Shown in pieces: positions 9,563 to 18,306 of a stretch of 64,000 nt of DNA. Both the position numbers and the translations under genes were made by a program. This DNA comes from Candidatus Chisholmbacteria bacterium (GTDB taxonomy: Bacteria; Patescibacteriota; Microgenomatia; UBA1400; Chisholmbacteraceae): the NCBI GenBank assembly GCA_963704905.1, contig CAVPHZ010000002.1:139011-203010 (forward strand), in the 5' to 3' direction. The notes beneath the pieces were generated by a model. It was not told the DNA's origin. It saw nothing but the letters and a program-made list of their open reading frames with translations, and did no database searches. How positions within the stretch are numbered: the stretch's first letter is position 1; each line of letters opens with the position of its first letter.

Positions 9563-11084
9563 AAACCGTACTTAAATACCTCAATAATAAAGAAGACATT
9601 TGGCTCCTTGTAGTCATCCTTGCCGTTTCACTGGGAACGTTCCTTCGCTTCTTCCGAATAGAGGCAAATATGGTGTTTCATGGTGAACTTGGTCATAATT
9701 ATCTTGCCATAAAAGATTTGATAGCCCAACATAAACTCCCTCTGGTTGGACCACCCACTTCGCATCCTTGGCTCTCATTTGGACCAATCTTCTATTGGTT
9801 CATGGCGCCGATCTTATACTTTTCAAACTACGATCCCAGAGCTGGTGCATACACATTTGCGTTGATTGGAGCATTAACGATCATCTTGAGCTATGAGGTC
9901 CTTCAATCACTCTTTAATAGAAAAATTGCGGCCATCGCTTCAGTTCTCCTGGCTATCTCACCTGCTTGGCTAATGCTAGCCAGACAGGCACGTTTTTATT
10001 CTCTTGCAGCAATACTGTTTTTTCCATTTTATTATTCAAGTGTGAAGGCACTTCAAATCCTTGATAATTCAAGAGGGACAACCAGCTCACTCAGGAAGCA
10101 TATCGCATTTGCAGGTTTTTTCTTTGGTTTGATGCTTAACTTTCACTTCACACCAATCATACTCATTCCAGGTATCTTCGTGGCTCTCTTCTATGTGAGA
10201 AAAAGCCTGAAACCAGAACATTCATTGTTCGCAGTATTAGGATTTCTCCTTGCGAATCTTCCTCAGGTAATTCACGAGTTTTCAAATCGTTTTGAAATGA
10301 CAATGAAGCTCATTGCCTGGATTCCATACAGGCTAGCCTCATTCTTTGGTGTTGTGGGAAATAATACAGTAACTTCATCGATGCTTAGGCGGAATTTTTA
10401 CTCGTTGTTTGAATATGTTCATATGAGTACTGTGCCTCCATATCACCGTGCATCGGTTATTATTAGTATTGCAATAGCATTGTTTATATTTTCAGAGCTC
10501 AAAAGAGCAGCGAAAAAAAGAAAAAAGATTGGCCCGTTTTTCTCCTCATATTGTTCCTACTTTTGGGCTACATAGGGTTGTTCTTACATGGCAACCCACC
10601 CAGCCATTACTATGTTGCAATACTTCCGATTCCAATTCTGCTTTTAAGCGTTTTGATTGAAAGAACAATTGAAAAGCGTTACGGAATAAAAGTAGTTTCA
10701 TTGGTATTGCTGTTAATATTCATACTCAATGCCAAGTGGCTATTTTCCGATTCCTGGTTTTTTGCAAATCAACAGGAAATATCTGATTCTGGAAGAGTGC
10801 CATACCGTCTTCAACTCAAAGCTGCAAATACGATAATTGAGGATTCACAAGGAGAAAAGATCACGCTCCTTCGAGTCGGATATGATGATCATTTTGAAGG
10901 GCAATATGCGCAAAACTATCACTACCTTCTCTGGTGGCTAGGAAATGAACCTGTGGAGAATGGGGATCTTATCTACACAATCTACGAGGATCAGGAAAAG
11001 CTTCCATCCTTTTTTCCCAGGGCGAAAGTATTCCGTTTATCAAATCTGGTGATCATGAAAGAATTGAGACCAATCAGGCTATGA
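9559..11084 (+). pseudogene. GT39/ArnT-like membrane glycosyltransferase split by a frameshift in a poly-A tract
   Basis: Fragment 9559-10575 ends ..AAKKRKKIGPFFSSYCSYFWAT*. The frame beginning at 10467 continues as KKDWPVFLLILFLLLGYIGLFL.., a TM helix, through 11084. Joined they give about 508 aa. The shift lies in gaaaaaaagaaaaaag at 10512-10527. The N-terminal HGELGHNYLAIKDL plus many TM helices indicate a GT-C fold. Confidence 0.6.
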
Positions 11085-11821
11085 ATAATGAGGCGGTTTT
11101 AACCGTTGTGATAATTACAAAAAATGAGGCCTCTCATTTGACGACTTGTCTACAATCCGTAAAATTTGCCGACGAGATTATTGTCATTGATGACAACTCT
11201 TCGGATGAAACAAGGCAAATAGCAAACCAGCATGGTGCCAGGGTTATTCAAAACAGCTTAGCTGGCAATTTTTCAATGCAAAGAAATATCGGGCTTCAAA
11301 AAGCAATAGGAAAATGGGTGTTATACATCGACGCTGATGAGCAGGTGAGTCCTGAGCTTGCAGATGAAATAAAAAAGAAAATTCTGGGGAGTAAATGCGA
11401 AGGCTATGCACTAAAACGCCAGGACCGCTTCTTAAGCCGGATTCTTCGCCATGGTGAAACTGCAAACGTAAGACTTGTTCGTCTCGGAAAAAGAGATGCT
11501 GGAAAATGGACTAGAAATGTTCACGAGGTTTGGAATATCAATGGTAACGTAGAAGAGCTCAAAACACCCCTGTTACATTCACCTCACGAATCCATACATG
11601 AATTTTTACATGACATTAATCAGTACACAGGTATAGAAAAGAATTTGAGAAGAGCCAAAGATCGAGGTGCATCATTTAGTGAACTCGTGCTATTTCCAGT
11701 AGGGAAATTTGTAAAAAACTTTATTTATCATCGCGGGTTTTTAGATGGCTTTGAAGGTTTTGTCATGGCCTATATGATGAGTATGCATTCACTCATTTTA
11801 CGAGTTAAATTGAGAGAGTAG
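11081..11821 (+). CDS. Family 2 glycosyltransferase
   Basis: LTVVIITKNEASHL..IIVIDDNSSDETRQIA..YIDADE shows the GT2 DxD pattern. ATGA overlap. Confidence 0.8.
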   Translation: MNNEAVLTVVIITKNEASHLTTCLQSVKFADEIIVIDDNSSDETRQIANQHGARVIQNSLAGNFSMQRNIGLQKAIGKWVLYIDADEQVSPELADEIKKKILGSKCEGYALKRQDRFLSRILRHGETANVRLVRLGKRDAGKWTRNVHEVWNINGNVEELKTPLLHSPHESIHEFLHDINQYTGIEKNLRRAKDRGASFSELVLFPVGKFVKNFIYHRGFLDGFEGFVMAYMMSMHSLILRVKLRE

Positions 11822-11823
11822 CT

Positions 11824-13017
11824 ATGACCTGGTTATTAGTTCTTTTACTGATATCCTTCCCGATCGGACAGCTATCGAGAATTTCAATTCTACCCAATGC
11901 ACAGGTCTATCTTCATGATCTTGCTATCGTCGGCTTGTGGTTTGTCATCCTGCGCAATTATGTGTATAACCGTTCACGTCCTCATTACCGATTGCTCAAG
12001 CCCATCGCTGTATTTATCGTCATCGCCGTGATCTCATTGATTCTTGGTACGCAAAAAGTACAGGCAAATCAAGCGTTTATTGGAAGTCTGTATCTCTGTC
12101 GGTGGGTTGCCTATACCGGTGTATATTTTGCAACAAAGCAACAAGCCCATCAAAAGAAAAAATCTAAAAACAAAAACAGAATATTGAACCCTCTAGAGTT
12201 GTTGCTAGTTGCAGGTTTGTCATTTACAGCATTTGGGTTGATTCAAATCATCTTTCTTCCAGATTTACGGGAGCTAAAACTTCTCGGATGGGATGATCAT
12301 TTCGGGAGGCTCGTAGGGACATTACTCGATCCGGGATTTTCTGGAATTATCATTACACTTACACTGATGCTCACAGAAGCGATTAATCTTCCAAAAAAAG
12401 AAAAGTGGGCATACCAACTCCTCGGGACAATTGCTCTATTGCTGACCTACTCTCGAGCCTCCTACCTCGCATTCCTCTCTGGAATATATGCACTCATGAT
12501 AATCAGAAAGAAATTTAAATTGGCACTGGTTATTACCAGCCTATTTCTTTTTTCCTTACCCTTTTTACCTCAGCAAAAAAGTGAAGGGACGAACTTACTG
12601 AGAATCTATTCAGTTTCACAGCGTCTGGATACCTGGAAAGAAGCTATTGCTATTACAAAGGAAAATCCGTTATTTGGTGTTGGATTAAACCTCACTCGCT
12701 ATGCCAAAGACAGATTTGGATTTACTCAAGAAAATTGGCAGACAAACCACTCTGCTTTTGGATTTGAAAATTCATATCTGTTTGTTCTCGCAACCACAGG
12801 AATATTTGGAATAATAGCCTTTTTAAATCTTCTGAGGAGCATGGCTTCCATAGGCGTGGAAGGTGTAGCAGATAGAAAACAAGAGAATTCTGTTCTCTTA
12901 GCGAGTCTTATAGCTGTCGGAGTACATGCACTGTTTACGAATACCTGGTTTTATCCATGGGTTATTATTTGGATCTGGTATCTAGTGGGTGTGAATGAGA
13001 GCAGTTATTCTTCGTAA
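11824..13017 (+). CDS. O-antigen ligase/polymerase family (Wzy_C-like) membrane protein
   Basis: Polytopic membrane protein with LLTYSRASYLAFLSGIYAL, matching the Wzy_C / WaaL motif. Confidence 0.6.
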   Translation: MTWLLVLLLISFPIGQLSRISILPNAQVYLHDLAIVGLWFVILRNYVYNRSRPHYRLLKPIAVFIVIAVISLILGTQKVQANQAFIGSLYLCRWVAYTGVYFATKQQAHQKKKSKNKNRILNPLELLLVAGLSFTAFGLIQIIFLPDLRELKLLGWDDHFGRLVGTLLDPGFSGIIITLTLMLTEAINLPKKEKWAYQLLGTIALLLTYSRASYLAFLSGIYALMIIRKKFKLALVITSLFLFSLPFLPQQKSEGTNLLRIYSVSQRLDTWKEAIAITKENPLFGVGLNLTRYAKDRFGFTQENWQTNHSAFGFENSYLFVLATTGIFGIIAFLNLLRSMASIGVEGVADRKQENSVLLASLIAVGVHALFTNTWFYPWVIIWIWYLVGVNESSYSS

Positions 13018-13739
13018 TTGACTTTTATCTTTTCAACAATTTCATTTCCAGCACGGTCACGTGCGATAACAGTAATCGTATTTTCTCCAGTCTCGAGCGT
13101 AATATTATGTGAAAAACTCCCATCCTGGGAAAGGATAACAAATGAATCATTAATGAGAACTTGAGATCCAGGCTCAGCTGAACCACGAACTTGTGTAATT
13201 CGTTCTTGCTGACCATAGAATGTTGATCGGTTTTCAGGAGCTGTTATCTCAAGAGTTGGAGGATTGGCATCATATCGAACGCGATGAGTAGAGGAAGGGT
13301 GACTCTTATTTCCAGAGGAATCAATTGCAGAAGCAGAAATACGATTTTCTCCGCCTTCAAGCTCGAGATTATTAACCAGAAACTCTCCATCACTTTCAAC
13401 AATAACCTCAGCTACTTCAGAGTTATTAACAGAAATAATAACGGTTGAACCTTCTTCAGCGAATCCTTCGACTCGTATTTGAGCACTGTTGGTTGCGTCC
13501 AGAATGGGTTGAAAAACGGGTGGTGGTGGTGGAATAGTATCTTCTCCACTAATTGGCTGAGAACTGCTTCTCAAATCCCCAAGGAAAATTGCAACCTTAA
13601 CCAGTGAAGGGATACCCCAAACGATAATAGCAATAATAAGTAAAATGGTTAGAAATGAAAAGAGCACAGTTTGTCGTGTATACCGTTTTCGTTCTCGGGC
13701 AGAAAGTCGAGAATATGTTCTTTTTCGTCTACGTGTCAT
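13005..13739 (-). CDS. Membrane-anchored hypothetical protein with two Ig-like repeats
   Basis: Basic N-terminus (MTRRRKRTYSR..) followed by a TM helix, a PPPPP linker and two about 80-aa repeats (..RVEGFAEEGSTVIISVNN.. and ..QVRGSAEPGSQVLIND..). Confidence 0.5.
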   Translation of the reverse strand: MTRRRKRTYSRLSARERKRYTRQTVLFSFLTILLIIAIIVWGIPSLVKVAIFLGDLRSSSQPISGEDTIPPPPPVFQPILDATNSAQIRVEGFAEEGSTVIISVNNSEVAEVIVESDGEFLVNNLELEGGENRISASAIDSSGNKSHPSSTHRVRYDANPPTLEITAPENRSTFYGQQERITQVRGSAEPGSQVLINDSFVILSQDGSFSHNITLETGENTITVIARDRAGNEIVEKIKVNYEE

Positions 13740-13796
13740 ACGAATATTATACTCGAGACATCCAGATCTGTTAAAAATGATTAGACGGTGTAAGTG

Positions 13797-13869
13797 AGCC
13801 TGCGGTCGGAGTCGAACCGACGACCTCTCCCTTACGAAGGGAATGCTCTACCAACTGAGCTACACAGGC
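13797..13869 (-). tRNA. tRNA-Thr, anticodon CGT
   Basis: Reverse-strand cloverleaf: acceptor GCCTGTG/CGCAGGC, D arm GCTC-AGTTGGTA-GAGC, anticodon loop TTCGTAA, T loop TTCGACT. The overlapping track ORF 13771-13974 (VAQLVE..) is the usual tRNA artefact. Confidence 0.85.
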
Positions 13870-13904
13870 AGTATTGATAGTGTTCCATTGGAAAGTTGAT
13901 TTTG

Positions 13905-13977
13905 AGCGGCGGACGGGGATCGAACCCGCGACCTTCTGCTTGGGAAGCAGACACTCTACCAACTGAGCTACCACCGC
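13905..13977 (-). tRNA. tRNA-Gly, anticodon CCC
   Basis: Acceptor GCGGTGG/CCGCCGC, anticodon stem TCTGC/GCAGA with loop TTCCCAA, T loop TTCGATC. Confidence 0.85.
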
Positions 13978-14032
13978 TTGGTGCTACTTAAGCAACATTG
14001 AAGCACACACGGATGATTTCCTCAACTGCTGG

Positions 14033-14650
14033 TTAAGGTTCTCGAGGAATGGCGAGTTGCATTCCAACTTCTATGACATTCGGGTCTTCGATGGTAGAGT
14101 TGTTTGCTTGATAGATCTTCGGCCATTGATAACCATCTCGATAAGCTTGAACAGCGATATTCCATAATGTGTCACCCTTAACAACGGTGTATTGACTTCC
14201 ACCAATTGCATCATCTGATTCTGGTTGTTGTGCGAGCATTTCCTTGGTAGGGGGGACGCGTAGTTCAACCTTTGGAATTCGTAATTGTTGGCCAGTTTCA
14301 ATCATACCAGGATTATTCAAACCATTTACTTCAGCAATATCAACCCAGTTATATCCATTTCCATAGTATTTTTCGGAAATACTCCACAGATGTTCTCCTT
14401 TAGAAACAGTATGTGAGATTGGAAGACCTTGAGGAACGATTTTTCCTTCCTCCTCCTCAGTTAGTTCAAGGGTGTATTCTTGTACAGCCGCCTCATCGGA
14501 AATTTCACCAGTACTATCCTCACCAATTCCAGTAAAGTAGTTATAAAGCAAGCTACCAACAACTACTACGACAAGAGCGCCGAGTACCATGCTAATAGTT
14601 GATTCATGGAGCTTAAGTTGTTTAAGCCAGCTTTTTAATGTTTTTTCCAT
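14033..14650 (-). CDS. LysM-domain protein with N-terminal TM helix and two LysM repeats
   Basis: Two LysM motifs: VSKGEHLWSISEKYYGNGYNWVDIAEVNGL..LRIP and YTVVKGDTLWNIAVQAYRDGYQWPKIYQAN..LAIP. Confidence 0.8.
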   Translation of the reverse strand: MEKTLKSWLKQLKLHESTISMVLGALVVVVVGSLLYNYFTGIGEDSTGEISDEAAVQEYTLELTEEEEGKIVPQGLPISHTVSKGEHLWSISEKYYGNGYNWVDIAEVNGLNNPGMIETGQQLRIPKVELRVPPTKEMLAQQPESDDAIGGSQYTVVKGDTLWNIAVQAYRDGYQWPKIYQANNSTIEDPNVIEVGMQLAIPREP

Positions 14651-14722
14651 AACAGTAATATAGAAATCCTCCTTTCTAGGCAGAAATACACATGAACAGG
14701 GAGCAGGAAAGAAAGCAATGTT

Positions 14723-14801
14723 TGGCGGGGCTGACGGGATTTGAACCCGCGACCTCTGCCTTGACAGGGCAGCGCTCTAAACCAAGCTGAGCTACAACCC
14801 C
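14723..14801 (-). tRNA. tRNA-Asp, anticodon GTC, CCA encoded
   Basis: Acceptor GGGGTTG/CAGCCCC, anticodon loop CTGTCAA, T loop TTCAAAT, 3' GCCA. The overlapping track ORF 14635-14904 is an artefact. Confidence 0.85.
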
Positions 14802-14879
14802 ACGCCATAAATTTCTTCAGCAGAATACTAACAGACACGCCAGGGAGAGTCAATGCTTGTGTTATGATTTTACTAATCA

Positions 14880-16661
14880 ATGAAGACAACAAAAATAATG
14901 ACAAATCTCGAAATAGTACGCCTTCTCCGAGCTGTGACTGCCGTATTCAAGTTGAAGGGAGAGAGTTTCTTTAGAATTCGTGCCTACGAAAATGCCGCTG
15001 ATAACATAGAACATGCAACTCGAGAGTTAAAAGATATCTGGGAAGATGGAAAGCTCCAAACAGTCCCAGGAATCGGTGCAAATCTCTCTTCTCATCTGGA
15101 GGAGTTATTCTCAACAGGATCTGTGAATTATTTTTCTCAATTATTTAAAGATATACCTGAGTCGGTGTTTGAGTATCTTGAAATTCCTGGAATAGGTCCA
15201 AAAAACGCTTTGAAGTTAGCCAAAGCGCTCGGAATTTCAAGAAGTTACAATGCAATTAAGCGATTAAAGCAAGCCGCAATTGAAGGAAAAATTCAAAATA
15301 TTGAGTCATTTGGAAAAAAATCAGAAAAAGCAATACTCAACGGTATTGAGGAGTATCTCCGAAGGGAAGAGCATATGTTACTTCCTCAAGCTGTGAAGAT
15401 CGCAAAAGATATTAGTGAATTTCTCAAAAAAGATTCAAGCGTTCTTGAATGTACATGGTTAGGTAGTTTAAGAAGAAGATCAGCAACCATAGGCGATGTT
15501 GATATCGCAATTTCATCGAGAAAACCTGGGTTGGTGATCGAGAGATTTACAAAATACCCTCAAGCAAAACAGATACTTGCCGCCGGAAAAAACACCGCAC
15601 GCCTAATTCACAAAAATGGAACGCAAATTGATATCAAAATACAAACGCCAGCAAAGTTCGGAGCACTGCTACAACATTTCACTGGGAGTAAAAACCATAA
15701 TATTCATCTTAGAGAACTCGCAAAAGAAAAAGGTCTCTCACTTTCAGAACATGGCATAAAAGTAGGAAAATACATAAAAGCGTATGCTTCAGAACAATTA
15801 TTCTATAACGCTCTGGGAATGGATTGGATTCCACCGGAATTGAGGGAGGATCAAGGTGAAATCGAAGCTGCATTAATACATAATCTTCCAACCCTTGTGA
15901 AAACTGAGAATATCAAAGGAGACTTACATCTCCATACAAATTTCAATTGGATATCATCACACGATAATGGAGATGCCACTATGAAGCAAATGGCAGACAA
16001 AGCACTAGTTCTTGGGTACGAATATGTTGGAATTGGAGATCACAATCCAAGTCTTAGAAGTTACACAAAAAACCAAATAATGAGCGAAATTAAAAGGAGA
16101 ACTAAAGCAATAGAACAATTAAGATACTCTTATGAAAATATCAATAGTAAACGCACAATACATTTACTCAATACACTTGAAGTGGATATTTTAGCAGATG
16201 GAAATCTAGCTGCGCCAACCGAGGGACTTAATATGCTTGATTACGCTTCAGTTTCTATTCACTCTAGCATGCGTATGATTCAGGAGAAGATGACAGACAG
16301 AATCATCAAAGGTTTATCCCATCCTAAAGCGAAGATACTAGCTCATCCATCCGGGAGACTACTTAATAAACGTGAAGGATATGAAGTGAACTGGGATATG
16401 CTCTTTAAATTTGCAGCTGAACACAATAAATGGTTAGAAATTAATGCCTGGCCGAGCCGGCTTGATCTTCAAGATACTCTGGTTAGAGAGGCTATCAACT
16501 ATGGTGTACAATTAGTCATAAATACTGATGCTCACTCTCCTGATCATATGGATCTGATGAGATATGGAGTAGATGTTGCCAGGAGAGGTTGGGCGAGCGC
16601 TAACAGCATTATCAATACACGTTCGTGGAAGCAATTTAGTAAACTTATCGAAAATCACTAA
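14880..16661 (+). CDS. polX: Family X DNA polymerase with C-terminal PHP domain (PolX)
   Basis: Helix-hairpin-helix motifs (IPGIGANLSS, IPGIGPKNA), the Pol-beta-like GDVDI catalytic motif, and PHP-domain histidines (HLHTNFNW.., IGDHNP, NTDAHSP). Confidence 0.8.
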   Translation: MKTTKIMTNLEIVRLLRAVTAVFKLKGESFFRIRAYENAADNIEHATRELKDIWEDGKLQTVPGIGANLSSHLEELFSTGSVNYFSQLFKDIPESVFEYLEIPGIGPKNALKLAKALGISRSYNAIKRLKQAAIEGKIQNIESFGKKSEKAILNGIEEYLRREEHMLLPQAVKIAKDISEFLKKDSSVLECTWLGSLRRRSATIGDVDIAISSRKPGLVIERFTKYPQAKQILAAGKNTARLIHKNGTQIDIKIQTPAKFGALLQHFTGSKNHNIHLRELAKEKGLSLSEHGIKVGKYIKAYASEQLFYNALGMDWIPPELREDQGEIEAALIHNLPTLVKTENIKGDLHLHTNFNWISSHDNGDATMKQMADKALVLGYEYVGIGDHNPSLRSYTKNQIMSEIKRRTKAIEQLRYSYENINSKRTIHLLNTLEVDILADGNLAAPTEGLNMLDYASVSIHSSMRMIQEKMTDRIIKGLSHPKAKILAHPSGRLLNKREGYEVNWDMLFKFAAEHNKWLEINAWPSRLDLQDTLVREAINYGVQLVINTDAHSPDHMDLMRYGVDVARRGWASANSIINTRSWKQFSKLIENH

Positions 16662-16678
16662 AGAAGGAGGTGATACTC

Positions 16679-17272
16679 ATGCCACTACTATTTATTATCG
16701 GTTTCGTTGTTCTAGTAGTATTTTATGTATTTGGAACCTACAACAAGTTTCAGACGATCAAAACCAGATTAGAAGCATCAATTCAAGAAATTGGAAATCA
16801 ACTCAAACGTCAGGCCGATCTAATACCAAACCTAGAAAGTTCTGTTAAAGCTTACCTCAAGCATGAAAAAGATATTTTCACGAAGTTGACTGATGCTCGG
16901 AAAGCAATTACTGCTGCCGTCAGAGAAGGAGTACCACAACAAATGGTTGATGCTGCCAGCAAGCTTCAAGAGTTAATTCCGCGTCTAACGATCGCTGTTG
17001 AAGACAATCCTGAACTGAGAGCCCAAGAACCTGTAAAGAAGCTTATGGAAGAGCTTCGTGATACAGCGGATAAAGTCATGTATGCCAGAAGAACGCTCAT
17101 TGATCTCTCGGCAGACTTTAATAGGATGCTCGTGACCGTACCCAGCAATGTTATCGGCAAGATGTTTGGTTTCGCAAAACAAAAAGGTTTAAAAACCCCA
17201 GTAGAAGGTGAGCATCTCGAGGTAAACGAGAAAGAAATGAAAGCTCCTAAAGTAACAATGGATAAAGAATAA
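16679..17272 (+). CDS. lemA: LemA family protein
   Basis: RBS GAAGGAGG at 16663-16670. N-terminal TM followed by YNKFQTIKTRLEASIQEIGNQLKRQADLIPNL, which is LemA. Usual partner of the downstream htpX. The track start GTG 16670 is too close to the RBS. Confidence 0.85.
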   Translation: MPLLFIIGFVVLVVFYVFGTYNKFQTIKTRLEASIQEIGNQLKRQADLIPNLESSVKAYLKHEKDIFTKLTDARKAITAAVREGVPQQMVDAASKLQELIPRLTIAVEDNPELRAQEPVKKLMEELRDTADKVMYARRTLIDLSADFNRMLVTVPSNVIGKMFGFAKQKGLKTPVEGEHLEVNEKEMKAPKVTMDKE

Positions 17273-17309
17273 TCGTCATCCAGATAATAAAATATTTGGG
17301 AGCATCTAA

Positions 17310-18215
17310 ATGGTAAACATTTACGAACAGATCGACAATAACAAGAGAAGATCGATCATTATTATCATTGGGTTCATTGCTTTTGTCGGCATCGTTACCT
17401 GGATCTTGGCAAAAGCCCTTGGCTATAATGCATCAGTAGCGGGGTTTGCGTTAATATTGTCTGGGTTCACGAGCCTGGGAAGTTATTATTTTTCAGATAA
17501 AATTATCCTTTCTCTGTCTAATGCCAGACCGGCTTCAAAAGAAACAGACTTCAACTTTTTTACTGTTACTGAAAATCTGTGTATTGCTTCTCAACTTCCA
17601 TTTCCTAAGCTATACGTCATCGATGATACTGCCTTAAATGCATTTGCCACAGGTAGAGATCCTGATCACGCAGTAATTGTAGCAACCAGAGGAATATTGG
17701 ACAAGCTGGATAGGACAGAGCTAGAGGGTGTCATCGCTCATGAGCTCAGTCATGTAAGAAATTACGATATTCGGGTTATGGCATTAGTCACAGTACTGGT
17801 GGGAGTTATCACCCTGTTGGCTGACTGGTTCCTGCGTGCTTCTTTTTGGGGAGGTCGAAGCAAATCACAGAAGGAAGGGTCAGCCGGTACATTTATTGCT
17901 CTTGCAGGACTTATTTTAGCTCTGCTTTCTCCGTTTATTGCGAACCTAATGAAACTCGCTATTTCAAGAAGACGGGAGTATCTCGCTGATGCTGCTGGTG
18001 TTCAACTTACTAAGTTTCCTGAAGGTCTTGCCAGAGCACTTGAAAAGATTTCTCTTGACAAAGAACCGCTTGAAGCAGCCAACAAGGCCACTGCTCATCT
18101 CTATATATCTAATCCGCTGAAAAATCGACATGATTCAATTGGATGGTTTGCGGGCTTTTTCAACACACATCCACCCATAGAGGAACGGATAGCAGCACTT
18201 CGTCAGATGACCTAA
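17310..18215 (+). CDS. htpX: Protease HtpX homolog (M48 zinc metalloprotease)
   Basis: HELSHVRNYD is the HExxH motif. Four TM segments. C-terminal NTHPPIEERIAALR. Confidence 0.85.
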   Translation: MVNIYEQIDNNKRRSIIIIIGFIAFVGIVTWILAKALGYNASVAGFALILSGFTSLGSYYFSDKIILSLSNARPASKETDFNFFTVTENLCIASQLPFPKLYVIDDTALNAFATGRDPDHAVIVATRGILDKLDRTELEGVIAHELSHVRNYDIRVMALVTVLVGVITLLADWFLRASFWGGRSKSQKEGSAGTFIALAGLILALLSPFIANLMKLAISRRREYLADAAGVQLTKFPEGLARALEKISLDKEPLEAANKATAHLYISNPLKNRHDSIGWFAGFFNTHPPIEERIAALRQMT

Positions 18216-18306
18216 CCAGTTTAAATATCAAGGGGATTGGCAAACATATTGACAGAGTGCTAATGCTATTGTAGGATTAGAGTTCATTGAGAAGAAGGAA
18301 GAAATT

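Noticed and set aside
13771-13974. Track ORF of 67 aa (..VAQLVE..GSIPV..) on the minus strand.
   Set aside because: It is the familiar spurious translation across tRNA genes, here tRNA-Thr and tRNA-Gly. The same applies to ORF 14635-14904 over tRNA-Asp.
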